From the human T2T-CHM13v2.0 reference genome, Homo sapiens: a stretch of 64,000 bases of DNA. The notes under the pieces are model-generated. The model was given only the letters and a program-made list of their open reading frames with translations. It was not told the origin of the DNA and ran no database searches. Position 1 is the stretch's first letter. Every line of letters begins with the position of its first letter. The stretch is from assembly GCF_009914755.1 (NCBI RefSeq), contig NC_060948.1, one strand, 5' to 3'. The position numbers and the translations under genes are program-made. This document shows positions 15,001-30,000 of this stretch, in pieces.

Positions 15001-18000
15001 CATAGAATGGCATCAAATGGAATGGCATCAAATGGAATGGAATCGAATGCAATGGAATGCTATGGAATGGAATGGAATGCATTGGAATGGAATGTCCTCT
15101 AATGGAATGGATTCGAGTGGAATGGAATCGAATATAATGGAGTCGAATGAAATGGAATTGAAAGGAATGGGATCGAATACAATGGAATATACTGGAATGT
15201 AATGTAATGAACTCGAATGTAATTGACTGGAATGGAATGTACATGAATGGAATGTAATCGAATGGAAAGTAATCCAATGGAATAGAATCTAATGCAATAA
15301 AATCGACTCAGATAGAGTAGAATGTAATGGAATGGAGTGCAGTGCAATGGAATGGAATGGAATGGAATGCAATGGAATGGAATGGAATGGAATGGAATGG
15401 AATGGAATGGGATGGAATGGTATGGAATGGATGGTAATGGACTGGAGTGAAATGGACTGGGAAGGAATGGACTCAAATTGAAAGGGCTGGAAAGGAATGG
15501 AGTCAAATGGAATGGTCTGGAATGGAATGAACACGAAAGTAATGCAATCCAATAGAATGGAATCGAATGGCATGGAATATAATGAAATGGAATCGAAGAG
15601 AATGGAAACAAATGGAATGGAATTGAATGGAATGGAATTGAATGGAATGGGAACGAATGGAGTGAAATTGTATGCAGTAGAAGGGAATAGAATGGAATGC
15701 AAGCGAAAGGAAAGGAATGGATTGGAATGGAATGGAATTCATTGGAATGGTAGGGAATGTAGTGTAATGGACAGGCCTGGAATAAAGTGGAATGCTACGG
15801 TCTCGAATGGAATAAAAATGTATGGAATGGAATGCAATGAAACGGAATCGAATGTCATAGAATGTAATGGAATGCAAAAAAATGGAATCCAAAATCATTG
15901 ACTGGAAAGGCTGGGTGTCGAAAGGAATTGACTCCAATGGAATGGAATCGAATGGAATGGAAGTGAATAGAATCGAACTAAATCGAATGGAATGGAATTG
16001 ATAGGAACGGAATGGAAAGGAATGCAATGATTTGGCACGGAATGGAATCGAATGGCATCGAACGGAATGGAATGGAATGCAATGGAATGGAACGTATTAG
16101 AATGTAATGAACTTTAATGGAATGTACTCGAATGGATTCGACTGGAATGGAATGTTCTGGAAGTGAATGGACTCCAATGGAATGGATTCAAAAGGAATGG
16201 AATCGTACGGAATGGAATCTAATGGAATGGAATTAAATGGAAATGAATCAAATTGAATAGCATGGAATTGAATTGAATGGAATCGAATGCAATTTAATCT
16301 AATGAAACGGAAAGGAAAGTAATGGAATGGAATGGAATGGGCTGGAATGGAAAGGAATCGAAACGAATGGAATGGAATCGAACTGACGAGACTGGAATGG
16401 AATGCACTGGAATGGAAGGGAGTGTAATGGAAGGTTCTCGAAAAAAATGGAATCGAATGGAATGGAATTGAATGGAACGGAATAGAGTCGAATGGAATTG
16501 AATGGAATGGAATGGACTAGAGTGAAATGGAATCGAACCACAAGGAATGGAGAGGAATAGAATGGTCTCGAATTGAATGGAATCGTATGGAATGGCATCA
16601 AACGGAATGGAATGGACAGCCACGGAATGGAATGCACTCGAATGCAATGGAGTCGAAACTAATGGACTGGAATAGAATGGATTCGACTGGTACGGACTCC
16701 AATGGAATGGAATCGAATGGAAGGGAATCGAACGGAATGGACTTGAAGGGAAAAGACTGCAATGGAAAGGTCTCGAATGGAATGGAAATTAATGGAATGG
16801 AATGGAATCGAATGAAATGGAGTCAAAAGGAATGGAATCGAATGGCAAGAAATCGAATGTAATGGAATCGCCAGGAATTGATGTGAACGGAACGGAATGG
16901 AATGGAATCCAAAGGAATGGAATAGAATGGAATGGAATCGAATGGAAAGGACTCGAATGGAAATCACTCGAATAGAATGCAATTTAATAAAATAGGATCA
17001 AATGTAATGGAATGGAATGGAAAGGAATCGAAACGAAAGGAATGGAGACAGATGGAATGGAATGGAACAGAGAGCAATGGTATAGAATGGAATGGAATCA
17101 TCTGGAATGGAATTGAATGGAATGGAATAATATGAAATGGAATGGAATGGAATGGAATGGAATGCCCTTGAATTAAATGGACTGGAATGGAATGGACTCG
17201 AACAGAGTGGAATGGAAAGTGTTGAGATAGAATGGAATGGACTCGTTTGGAATGATCTAGTATGCAATGCAATCGACTGGCAGGGAATCAAAAGGAATGT
17301 AATCGAATGGATTGGACTGGAATGCAATGGACTCGAATAGATTGGAAACGGAATGCAAAGGAATGGAATGGAATAGTATGGAATGGAATGGAAAGGAATG
17401 GAGTGGAATAGACTAGAGTGGAATGGAATGGACTGGAAAGCAATAGACTGGAATGGAACTTTCTTGAATGGACTGGAATCAAACGGAATGGAATGCAATG
17501 CAATCAAATGGCATGGAATAAAATAGAATGAAAGAGAATCAAATGGAATTGAATCGAATGGAATCGAATGGATTGGAAAGGAATAGAATGGAATGGAATG
17601 GAATTGACTCAAATGGAATGGACTAGAATGGAATGGATTCGAATGGAAGGCAAAGGAATGGAATCTATTGGAATGGACTGTAATGGAATGGAATGGAAGG
17701 GATTGGAATGGACTCGAATGGAATGGACTGCAATAGAAAGGATTCGAATGGAATGAAAAAGAATTGAATGGAATAGAACAGAATGGAATCAAATCGAATG
17801 AAATGGAATGGAATAGAAAGGAATGGAATGAAATGGAATGGAAAGGATTCGAATGGAATGCAATCGAATGGAATGGAATCGAACGGAATGGAATAAAATG
17901 GAAGAAAACTGGCAAGAAATGGAATCGAAATGAATGGAGTGTTATGGAACGGACTCAAAAGGAATTGAATGTAATAGAATGGAGTGGAGTGGACTCGAAT

Positions 18001-21000
18001 ATAATGGACTGGAATGGAATGAAATCACATGGAATGGGAACGAATGGAATGGAATGGAAAGGAATGGAATCGAATGGAAAGGAATCGAATGGAAGGGAAT
18101 GAAATTGAATCAACAGGAATGGAAGGGAATAGAATAGACGGTAATGGAATGGACTCGAATTGAATGGACACGAATGCTCAAATTGAATGGACTCGAATGG
18201 AATGGAAACGAAAGGAATGTCATCGAATGGAATTGAATCGATTGGAATGAAATCGCATAGAATGGAGTGGAATCAAATGGAATTGAATCGAAAGGAAAGG
18301 AAGCGAATGGACTGAAATGAAATGGAATGGAATTGAATGGAAAGTAATGCAATGGAATAGAATGGAACGAAATTTCACGGAATGGAATCAAACTGAATGG
18401 AATCAAATCAATGGAATCCAATCAAATGGAATGGAGTAGATTGGATTGGATGGGATTGGAATGAAATGTACTGGAAAGGACTCGAATTTCATGAAACGGA
18501 ATGGAATGAATTGGAACGGAATGGACTCGAATGGAATGGAATGTCATAGAATGGCATCAAATGGAATGGCATCAAATGGAATGGAATCGAATGCAATGGA
18601 ATGCTATGGAATGGAATGGAATGCATTGGAATGGAATGTCCTCTAATGGAATGGATTCGAGTGGAATGGAATCGAATATAATGGAGTCGAATGAAATGGA
18701 ATTGAAAGGAATGGGATCGAATACAATGGAATATACTGGAATGTAATGTAATGAACTCGAATGTAATTGACTGGAATGGAATGTACATGAATGGAATGTA
18801 ATCGAATGGAAAGTAATCCAATGGAATAGAATCTAATGCAATAAAATCGACTCAGATAGAGTAGAATGTAATGGAATGGAGTGCAGTGCAATGGAATGGA
18901 ATGGAATGGAATGCAATGGAATGGAATGGAATGGAATGGAATGGAATGGAATGGAATGGGATGGAATGGTATGGAATGGATGGTAATGGACTGGAGTGAA
19001 ATGGACTGGAAAGGAATGGACTCAAATTGAAAGGGCTGGAAAGGAATGGAGTCAAATGGAATGGTCTGGAATGGAATGAACACGAAAGTAATGCAATCCA
19101 ATAGAATGGAATCGAATGGCATGGAATATAATGAAATGGAATCGAAGAGAATTGAAACAAATGGAATGGAATTGAATGGAATGGAATTGAATGGAATGGG
19201 AACGAATGGAGTGAAATTGTATGCAGTAGAAGGGAATAGAATGGAATGCAAGCGAAAGGAAAGGAATGGATTGGAATGGAATTCATTGGAATGGAAGGGA
19301 ATGTAGTGTAATGGACAGGCCTGGAATAAAGTGGAATGCTACGGTCTCGAATGGAATAAAAATGTATGGAATGGAATGCAATGAAACGGAATCGAATGTC
19401 ATAGAATGTAATGGAATGCAAAATAATGGAATCCAAAATCATTGACTGGAAAGGCTGGGTGTCGAAAGGAATTGACTCCAATGGAATGGAATCGAATGGA
19501 ATGGAAGTGAATAGAATCGAACTAAATCGAATGGAATGGAATTGATAGGAACGGAATGGAAAGGAATGCAATGATTTGGCACGGAATGGAATCGAATGGC
19601 ATCGAACAGAATGGAATGGAATGCAATTGAATGGAACGTATTAGAATGTAATGAACTTTAATGGAATGTACTCGAATGGATTCGACTGGAATGGAATGTT
19701 CTGGAAGTGAATGGACTCCAATGCAATGGATTCAAAAGGAATGGAATCGTACGGAATGGAATCTAATGGAATGGAATTAAATGGAAATGAATCAAATTGA
19801 ATAGCATGGAATTGAATTGAATGGAATCGAATGCAATGGAATCTAATGAAACGGAAAGGAAAGGAATGGAATGGAATGGAATGGGCTGGAATGGAAAGGA
19901 ATCGAAACGAATGGAATGGAATCGAACTGACGAGACTGGAATGGAATGCACTGGAATGGAAGGGAGTGTAATGGAAGGTTCTCGAAAAAAATGGAATCGA
20001 ATGGAATGGAATTGAATGGAACGGAATAGAGTCGAATGGAATTGAATGGAATGGAATGGACTAGAGTGAAATGGAATCGAACCACAAGGAATGGAGAGGA
20101 ATAGAATGGTCTCGAATTGAATGGAATCGTATGGAATGGCATCAAACGGAATGGAATGGACAGCCACGGAATGGAATGCACTCGAATGCAATGGAGTCGA
20201 AACTAATGGACTGGAATAGAATGGATTCGACTGGTACGGACTCCAATGGAATGGAATCGAATGGAAGGGAATCGAACGGAATGGACTCGAAGGGAAAAGA
20301 CTGCAATGGAAAGGTCTCGAATGGAATGGAAATTAATGGAATGGAATGGAATCGAATGAAATGGAGTCAAAAGGAATGGAATCGAATGGCAAGAAATCGA
20401 ATGTAATGGAATCGCAAGGAATTGATGTGAACGGAACGGAATGGAATGGAATCCAAAGGAATGGAATAGAATGGAATGGAATCGAATGGAAAGGACTCGA
20501 ATGGAAATCACTCGAATAGAATGCAATTTAATAAAATAGGATCAAATGTAATGGAATGGAATGGAAAGGAATCGAAACGAAAGGAATGGAGACAGATGGA
20601 ATGGAATGGAACAGAGAGCAATGGTATAGAATGGAATGGAATCATCTGGAATGGAATTGAATGGAATGGAATAATATGAAATGGAATGGAATGGAATGGA
20701 ATGGAATGCCCTTGAATTAAATGGACTGGAATGGAATGGACTCGAACAGAGTGGAATGGAAAGTGTTGAGATAGAATGGAATGGACTCGTTTGGAATGGT
20801 CTAGTATGCAATGCAATCGACTGGCAGGGAATCAAAAGGAATGTAATGGAATGGATTGGACTGGAATGCAATGGACTCGAATAGATTGGAAACGGAATGC
20901 AAAGGAATGGAATGGAATAGTATGGAATGGAATGGAAAGGAATGGAGTGGAATAGACTAGAGTGGAATGGAATGGACTGGAAAGCAATAGACTGGAATGG

Positions 21001-24000
21001 AACTTTCTTGAATGGACTGGAATCAAACGGAATGGAATGCAATGCAATCAAATGGCATGGAATAAAATAGAATGAAAGAGAATCAAATGGAATTGAATCG
21101 AATGGAATCGAATGGATTGGAAAGGAATAGAATGGAATGGAATGGAATTGACTCAAATGGAATGGACTAGAATGGAATGGATTCGAATGGAAGGCAAAGG
21201 AATGGAATCTATTGGAATGGACTGTAATGGAATGGAATGGAAGGGATTGGAATGGACTCGAATGGAATGGACTGCAATAGAAAGGATTCGAATGGAATGA
21301 AAAAGAATTGAATGGAATAGAACAGAATGGAATCAAATCGAATGAAATGGAATGGAATAGAAAGGAATGGAATGAAATGGAATGGATAGGATTCGAATGG
21401 AATGCAATCGAATGGAATGGAATCGAACGGAATGGAATAAAATGGAAGAAAACTGGCAAGAAATGGAATCGAAATGAATGGAGTGTTATGGAACGGACTC
21501 AAAAGGAATTGAATGTAATAGAATGGAGTGGAGTGGACTCGAATATAATGGACTGGAATGGAATGAAATCACATGGAATGGGAACGAATGGAATGGAATG
21601 GAAAGGAATGGAATCGAATGGAAAGGAATCGAATGGAAGGGAATGAAATTGAATCAACAGGAATGGAAGGGAATAGAATAGACGGTAATGGAATGGACTC
21701 GAATAGAATGGACACGAATGCTCAAATTGAATGGACTCGAATGGAATGGAAACGAAAGGAATGTCATCGAATGGAATTGAATCGATTGGAATGAAATCGC
21801 ATAGAATGGAGTGGAATCAAATGGAATTGAATCGAAAGGAAAGGAAGCGAATGGACTGAAATGAAATGGAATGGAATTGAATGGAAAGTAATGCAATGGA
21901 ATAGAATGGAACGAAATTTCACGGACTGGAATCAAACTGAATGGAATCAAATCAATGGAATCTAATCAAATGGAATGGAAAGGAATTGAATGGAGTAGAT
22001 TGGATTGGATGGGATTGGAATGAAATGTACTGGAAAGGACTCGAATTTCATGAAACGGAATGGAATGAATTGGAACGGAATGGACTCGAATGGAATGGAA
22101 TGTCATGGAATGGCATCAAATGGAATGGCATCAAATGGAATGGAATCGAATGCAATGGAATGCTATGGAATGGAATGGAATGCATTGGAATGGAATGTCC
22201 TCTAATGGAATGGATTCGAGTGGAATGGAATCGAATATAATGGAGTCGAATGAAATGGAATTGAAAAGAATGGGATCGAATACAATGGAATATACTGGAA
22301 TGTAATGTAATGAACTCGAATGTAATTGACTGGAATGGAATGTACATGAATGGAATGTAATCGAATGGAAAGTAATCCAATGGAATAGAAACTAATGCAA
22401 TAAAATCGACTCAAATAGAGTAGAATGTAATGGAATGGAGTGCAGTGCAATGGAATGGAATGGAATGGAATGCAATGGAATGGAATGGATTGGAATGGAA
22501 TGGGATGGAATGGTGTGGAATGGATAGTAATGGACTGGTGTGAAATGGACTGGAAAGGAATGGACTCAAATTGAAAGGGCTCGAAAGGAATGGAGTGAAA
22601 TGGAATGGTCTGGAATGGAATGAACACGAATGTAATGCAATCCAATAGAATGGAATCGAATGGCATGGAATATAAAGAAATGGAATCGAAGAGAATGGAA
22701 ACAAATGGAATGGAATTGAATGGAATGGAATTGAATGGAATGGGAACGAATGGAGTGAAATTGTATGCAGTAGAAGAGAATAGAATGGAATGCAAGTGAA
22801 AGGAAAGGAATGGATTGGAATGGAATGGAATTCATTGGAATGGAAGGGAATGTAGTGTAATGGACAGGCCTGGAATAAAGTGGAATGCTACGGTCTCGAA
22901 TGGAATAAAAATGTATGGAATGGAATGCAATGAAACGGAATCGAATGTCATAGAATGTAATGGAATGCAAAAAAATGGAATCCAAAATCATTGACTGGAA
23001 AGGCTGGGTGTCGAAAGGAATTGACTCCAATGGAATGGAATCGAATGGAATGGAAGTGAATAGAATCGAACTAAATCGAATGGAATGGAATTGATAGGAA
23101 CGGAATGGAAAGGAATGCAATGATTTGGCATGGAATGGAATCGAATGGCATCGAATGGAATGGAATGGAATGCAATGGAATGGAACGTATTAGAATGTAA
23201 TGAACTTTAATGGAATGTACTCGAATGGATTCGACTGGAATGGAATGTTCTGGAAGTGAATGGACTCCAATGGAATGGATTCAAAAGGAATGGAATCGTA
23301 CGGAATGGAATCTAATGGAATGCAATTAAATGGAAATGAATCAAATTGAATAGCACGGAATTGAATTGAATGGAATGGAATGCAATGGAATCTAATGAAA
23401 CGGAAAGGAAAGGAATGGAATGGAATGGAATGGGCTGGAATGGAAAGGAATCGAAACGAATGGAATGGAATCGAACTGAAGAGACTGGAATGGAATGCAC
23501 TGGAATGGAAGGGAGTGTAATGGAAGGTTCTCGAAAAAAATGGAATCGAATGGAATGGAATTGAATGGAACGGAATAGAGTCGAATGGAATTGAATGGAA
23601 TGGAATGGACTAGAGTGAAATGGAATCGAACCACAAGGAATGGACAGGAATAGAATGGTCTCGAATTGAATGGAATCGTATGGAATGGCATCAAACGGAA
23701 TGGAATGGACAGCCACGGAATGGAATGCACTCGAATGCAATGGAGTCGAAACTAATGGACTGGAATAGAATGGACTCGACTGGTACGGACTCCAATGGAA
23801 TGGAATCGAATGGAAGGGAATCGAACGGAATGGACTCGAAGGGAAAAGACTGCAATGGAAAGGTCTCGAATGGAATGGAAATTAATGGAATGGAACGGAA
23901 TCGAATGAAATGGAGTCAAAAGGAATGGAATCGAATGGCAAGAAATCGAATGTAATGGAATCGCAAGGAATTGATGTGAACGGAACGGAATGGAATGGAA

Positions 24001-27000
24001 TCCAAAGGAATGGAATAGAATGGAATGGAATCGAATGGAAAGGACTCGAATGGAAATCACTCGAATAGAATGCAATTTAATAAAATAGGATCAAATGTAA
24101 TGGAATGGAATGGAAAGGAATCGAAACGAAAGGAATGGAGACAGATGGAATGGAATGGAACAGAGAGCAATGGTATAGAATGGAATGGAATCATCTGGAA
24201 TGGAATTGAATGGAATGGAATAATATGAAATGGAATGGAATGGAATGGAATGCCCTTGAATTAAATGGACTGGAATGGAATGGACTCGAACAGAGTGGAA
24301 TGGAAAGTGTTGAGATAGAATGGAATGGACTCGTTTGGAATGGTCTAGTAGGCAATGCAATCGACTGGCAGGGAATCAAAAGGAATGTAATGGAATGGAT
24401 TGGACTGCAATGCAATGGACTCGAATAGATTGGAAACGGAATGCAAAGGAATGGAATGGAATAGTATGGAATGGAATGGAAAGGAATGGAGTGGAATAGA
24501 CTAGAGTGGAATGGAATGGACTGGAAAGCAATGGACTGGAATGGAACTTTCTTGAATGGACTGGAATCAAACGGAATGGAATGCAATGCAATCAAATGGC
24601 ATGGAATAAAATAGAATGAAAGAGAATCAAATGGAATTGAATCGAATGGAATCGAATGGATTGGAAAGAATAGAATGGAATGGAATGGAATTGACTCAAA
24701 TGGAATGGACAAGAATGGAATGGATTCGAATGGAAGGCAAAGGAATGGAATCTATTGGAATGGACTGTAATGGAATGGAATGGAAGGGATTGGAATGGAC
24801 TCAAATGGAATGGACTGCAATAGAGAGGATTCGAATGGAATGAAAAAGAATTGAATGGAATAGAACAGAATGGAATCAAATCGAATGAAATGGAATGGAA
24901 TAGAAAGGAATGGAATGAAATGGAATGGAAAGGATTCGAATGGAATGCAATCGAATGGAATGGAATCGAACGGAATGGAATAAAATGGAAGAAAACTGGC
25001 AAGAAATGGAATCGAAATGAATGGAGTGTTATGGAACGGACTCAAAAGGAATTGAATGTAATAGAATGGAGTGGAGTGGACTCGAATATAATGGACTGGA
25101 ATGGAATGAAATCACATGGAATGGGAACGAATGGAATGGAATGGAAAGGAATGGAATCGAATGGAATCGAATTGAAAGGAATCGAATGGAAGGGAATGAA
25201 ATTGAATCAACAGGAATGGAAGGGAATAGAATAGACGGTAATGGAATGGACTCGAATAGAATGGACACGAATGCTCAAATTGAATGGACTCGAATGGAAT
25301 GGAAACGAAAGGAATGTCATCGAATGAAATTGAATCGATTGGAATGAAATCGCATAGAATGGAGTGGAATCAAATGGAATTGAATCGAAAGGAAAGGAAG
25401 CGAATGGACTGAAATGAAATGGAATGGAATTGAATGGAAAGTTATGTAATAGAATAGAATGGAACGAAATTTCACGGAATGGAATCAAACTGAATGGAAT
25501 CAAATCAATGGAATCAAATCAAATGGAATGGAAAGGAATTGAATGGAGTAGATTGGATTGGATGGGATTGGAATGAAATGTACTGGAAAGGACTCGAATT
25601 TCATGAAACGGAATGCAATGAATTGGAACGGAACGGACTCGAATGGAATGGAATGTCATGGAATGGCATCAAATGGAATGGCATCAAATGGAATGGAATC
25701 GAATGCAATGGAATGCTATGGAATGGAATGGAATGCATTGGAATGGAATGTCCTCTAATGGAATGGATTCGAGTGGAATGGAATCGAATATAATGGAGTC
25801 GAATGAAATGGAATTGAAAGGAATGGGATCGAATACAATGGAATATACTGGAATGTAATGTAATGAACTCGAATGTAATTGACTGGAATGGAATGTACAT
25901 GAATGGAATGTAATCGAATGGAAAGTAATCCAATGGAATAGAATCTAATGCAATAAAATCGACTCAGATAGAGTAGAATGTAATGGAATGGAGTGCAGTG
26001 CCATGGAATGGAATGGAATGGAATGCAATGGAATGGAATGGAATGCAATGGAATGGAATGGAATGGAATGGAATGGGATGGAATGGTGTGGAATGGATAG
26101 TAATGGACTGGAGTGAAATGGACTGGAAAGGAATGGACTCAAATTGAAAGGTCTCGAAAGGAATGGAGTCAAATGGAATGGTCTGGAATGGAATGAACAC
26201 GAATGTAATGCAATCCAATAGAATGGAATCGAATGGCATGGAATATAAAGAAATGGAATCGAAGAGAATGGAAACAAATGGAATGGAATTGAATGGAATG
26301 GAATTGAATGGAATGGGAACGAATGGAGTGAAATTGTATGCAGTAGAAGAGAATAGAATGGAATGCAAGCGAAAGGAAAGGAATGGATTGGAATGGAATG
26401 GAATTCATTGGAATGGAAGGGAATGTAGTGTAATGGACAGGCCTGGAAAAAAGTGGAATGCTACGGTCTCGAATGGAATAAAAATGTATGGAATGGAATG
26501 CAATGAAACGGAATCGAATGTCATAGAATGTAATGGAATGCAAAAAAATGGAATCCAAAATCATTGACTGGAAAGGCTGGGTGTCGAAAGGAATTGACTC
26601 CAATGGAATGGAATCGAATGGAATGGAAGAGAATAGAATCGAACTAAATCGAATGGAATGGAATTGATAGGAACGGAATGGAAAGGAATGCAATCATTTG
26701 GCATGGAATGGAATCGAATGGCATCGAATGGAATGGAATGGAATGCAATGGAATGGAATGTATTAGAATGTAATGAACTTTAATGGAATGTACTCGAATG
26801 GAATCGACTGGAATGGAATGTTCTGGAAGTGAATGGACTCCAATGGAATGGATTCAAAAGGAATGGAATCGTACGGAATGGAATCTAATGGAATGGAATT
26901 AAATGGAAATGAATCAAACTGAATAGAACGGAATTGAATTGAATGGAATCGAATGCAATGGAATCTAATGAAACGGAAAGGAAAGGAATGGAATGGAATG

Positions 27001-30000
27001 GAATGGGCTGGAATGGAAAGGAATCGAAACGAATGGAATGGAATTGAACTGAAGAGACTGGAATGGAATGCACTGGATGGAAGGGAGTGTAATGGAAGGT
27101 TCTCGAAAAAAATGGAATCGAATGGAATGGAATTGAATGGAACGGAATAGAGTCGAATGGAATTGAATGGAATGGAATGGACTAGAGTGAAATGGAATCG
27201 AACCACAAGGAATGGACAGGAATAGAATGGTCTCGAATTGAATGGAATCGTATGGAATGGCATCAAACGGAATGGAATGGACAGCCACGGAATGGAATGC
27301 ACTCGAATGCAATGGAGTCGAAACTAATGGACTGGAATAGAATGGACTCGTCTGGTACGGACTCCAATGGAATGGAATCGAATGGAAGGGAATCGAACAG
27401 AATGGACTCGAAGGGAAAAGACTGCAATGGAAAGGTCTCGAATGGAATGGAAATTAATGGAATGGAATGGAATCGAATGAAATGGAGTCAAAAGGAATGG
27501 AATCGAATGGCAAGAAATCGAATGTAATGGAATCGCAAGGAATTGATGTGAACGGAACGGAATGGAATGGAATCCAAAGGAATGGAATAGAATGGAATGG
27601 AATCGAATGGAAAGGACTCGAATGGAAATCACTCGAATAGAATGCAATTTAATAAAATAGGATCAAATGTAATGGAATGGAATGGAAAGGAATCGAAACG
27701 AAAGGAATGGAGACAGATGGAATGGAATGGAACAGAGAGCAATGGTATAGAATGGAATGGAATCATCTGGAATGGAATTGAATGGAATGGAATAATATGA
27801 AATGGAATGGAATGGAATGGAATGGAATGGAATGCCCTTGAATTAAATGGACTGGAATGGAATGGACTCGAACAGAGTGGAATGGAAAGTGTTGAGATAG
27901 AATGGAATGGACTCCTTTGGAATGGTGTAGTATGCAATGCAATCGACTGGCAGGGAATCAAAAGGAATGTAATCGAATGGATTGGACTGGAATGCAATGG
28001 ACTCGAATAGATTGGAAACGGAATGCAAAGGAATGGAATGGAATAGTATGGAATGGAATGGAAAGGAATGGAGTGGAATAGACTAGAGTGGAATGGAATG
28101 GACTGGAAAGCAATGGACTGGAATGGAACTTTCTTGAATGGACTGGAATCAAACGGACTGGAATGCAATGCAATCAAATGGCATGGAATAAAATAGAATG
28201 AAAGAGAATCAAATGGAATTGAATCGAATGGAATCGAATGGATTGGAAAGGAATAGAATGGAATGGAATGGAATTGACTCAAATGGAATGGACTAGAATG
28301 GAATGGATTCGAATGGAAGGCAAAGGAATGGAATCTATTGGAATGGACTGTAATGGAATGGAATGGAAGGGATTGGAATGGACTCGAATGGAATGGACTG
28401 CAATAGAAAGGATTCGAATGGAATGAAAAAGAATTGAATGGAATAGAACAGAATGGAATCAAATCGAATGAAATGGAATGGAATAGAAAGGAATGGAATG
28501 AAATGGAATGGAAAGGATTCGAATGGAATGCAATCGAATGGAATGGAATCGAACGGAATGGAATAAAATGGAAGAAAACTGGCAAGAAATGGAATCGAAA
28601 TGAATGGAGTGTTATGGAACGGACTCAAAAGGAATTGAATGTAATAGAATGGAGTGGAGTGGACTCGAATATAATGGACTGGAATGGAATGAAATCACAT
28701 GGAATGGGAACGAATGGAATGGAATGGAAAGGAATGGAATCGAATGGAAAGGAATCGAATGGAAGGGAATGAAATTGAATCAACAGGAATGGAAGGGAAT
28801 AGAATAGACGGTAATGGAATGGACTCGAATAGAATGGACACGAATGCTCAAATTGAATGGACTCGAATGGAATGGAAACGAAAGGAATGTCATCGAATGG
28901 AATTGAATCGATTGGAATGAAATAGCATAGAATGGAGTGGAATCAAATGGAATTGAATCGAAAGGAAAGGAAGCGAATGGACTGAAATGAAATGGAATCG
29001 AATTGAATGGAAAGTTATGTAATGGAATAGAATGGAACGAAATTTCACGGAATGCAATCAAACTGAATGGAATCAAATCAATGGAATCAAATCAAATGGA
29101 ATGGAAAGGAATTGAATGGAGTAGATTGGATTGGATGGGATTGGAATGAAATGTACTGGAAAGGACTCGAATTTCATGAAACGGAATGGAATGAATTGGA
29201 ACGGAACGGACTCGAATGGAATGGAATGTCATGGAATGGCATCAAATGGAATGGCATCAAATGGAATGGAATCGAATGCAATGGAGTGCTATGGAATGGA
29301 ATGGAATGCATTGGAATGGAATGTCCTCTAATGGAATGGATTCGAGTGGAATGGAATCGAATATAATGGAGTCGAATGAAATGGAATTGAAAGGAATGGG
29401 ATCGAATACAATGGAATATACTGGAATGTAATGTAATGAACTCGAATGTAATTGACTGGAATGGAATGTTCATGAATGGAATGTAATCGAATGGAAAGTA
29501 ATCCAATGGAATAGAATCTAATGCAATAAAATCGACTCAGATAGAGTAGAATGTAATGGAATGGAGTGCAGTGCAATGGAATGGAATGGAATGGAATGCA
29601 ATGGAATGGAATGGAATGGAATGGAATGCAATGGGATGGTGTGGAATGGATAGTAATGGACTGGAGTGAAATGGACTGGAAAGGAATGGACTCAAATTGA
29701 AAGGGCTCGAAAGGAATGGAGTCAAATGGAATGGTCTGGAATGGAATGAACACGAATGTAATGCAATCCAATAGAATGGAATCGAATGGCATGGAATATA
29801 AAGAAATGGAATCGAAGAGAATGGAAACAAATGGAATGGAATTGAATGGAATGGAATTGAATGGAATGGGAACGAATGGAGTGAAATTGTATGCAGTAGA
29901 AGAGAATAGAATGGAATGCAAGCGAAAGGAAAGGAATGGATTGGAATGGAATGGAATTCATTGGAATGGAAGGGAATGCAGTGTAATGGACAGGCCTGGA

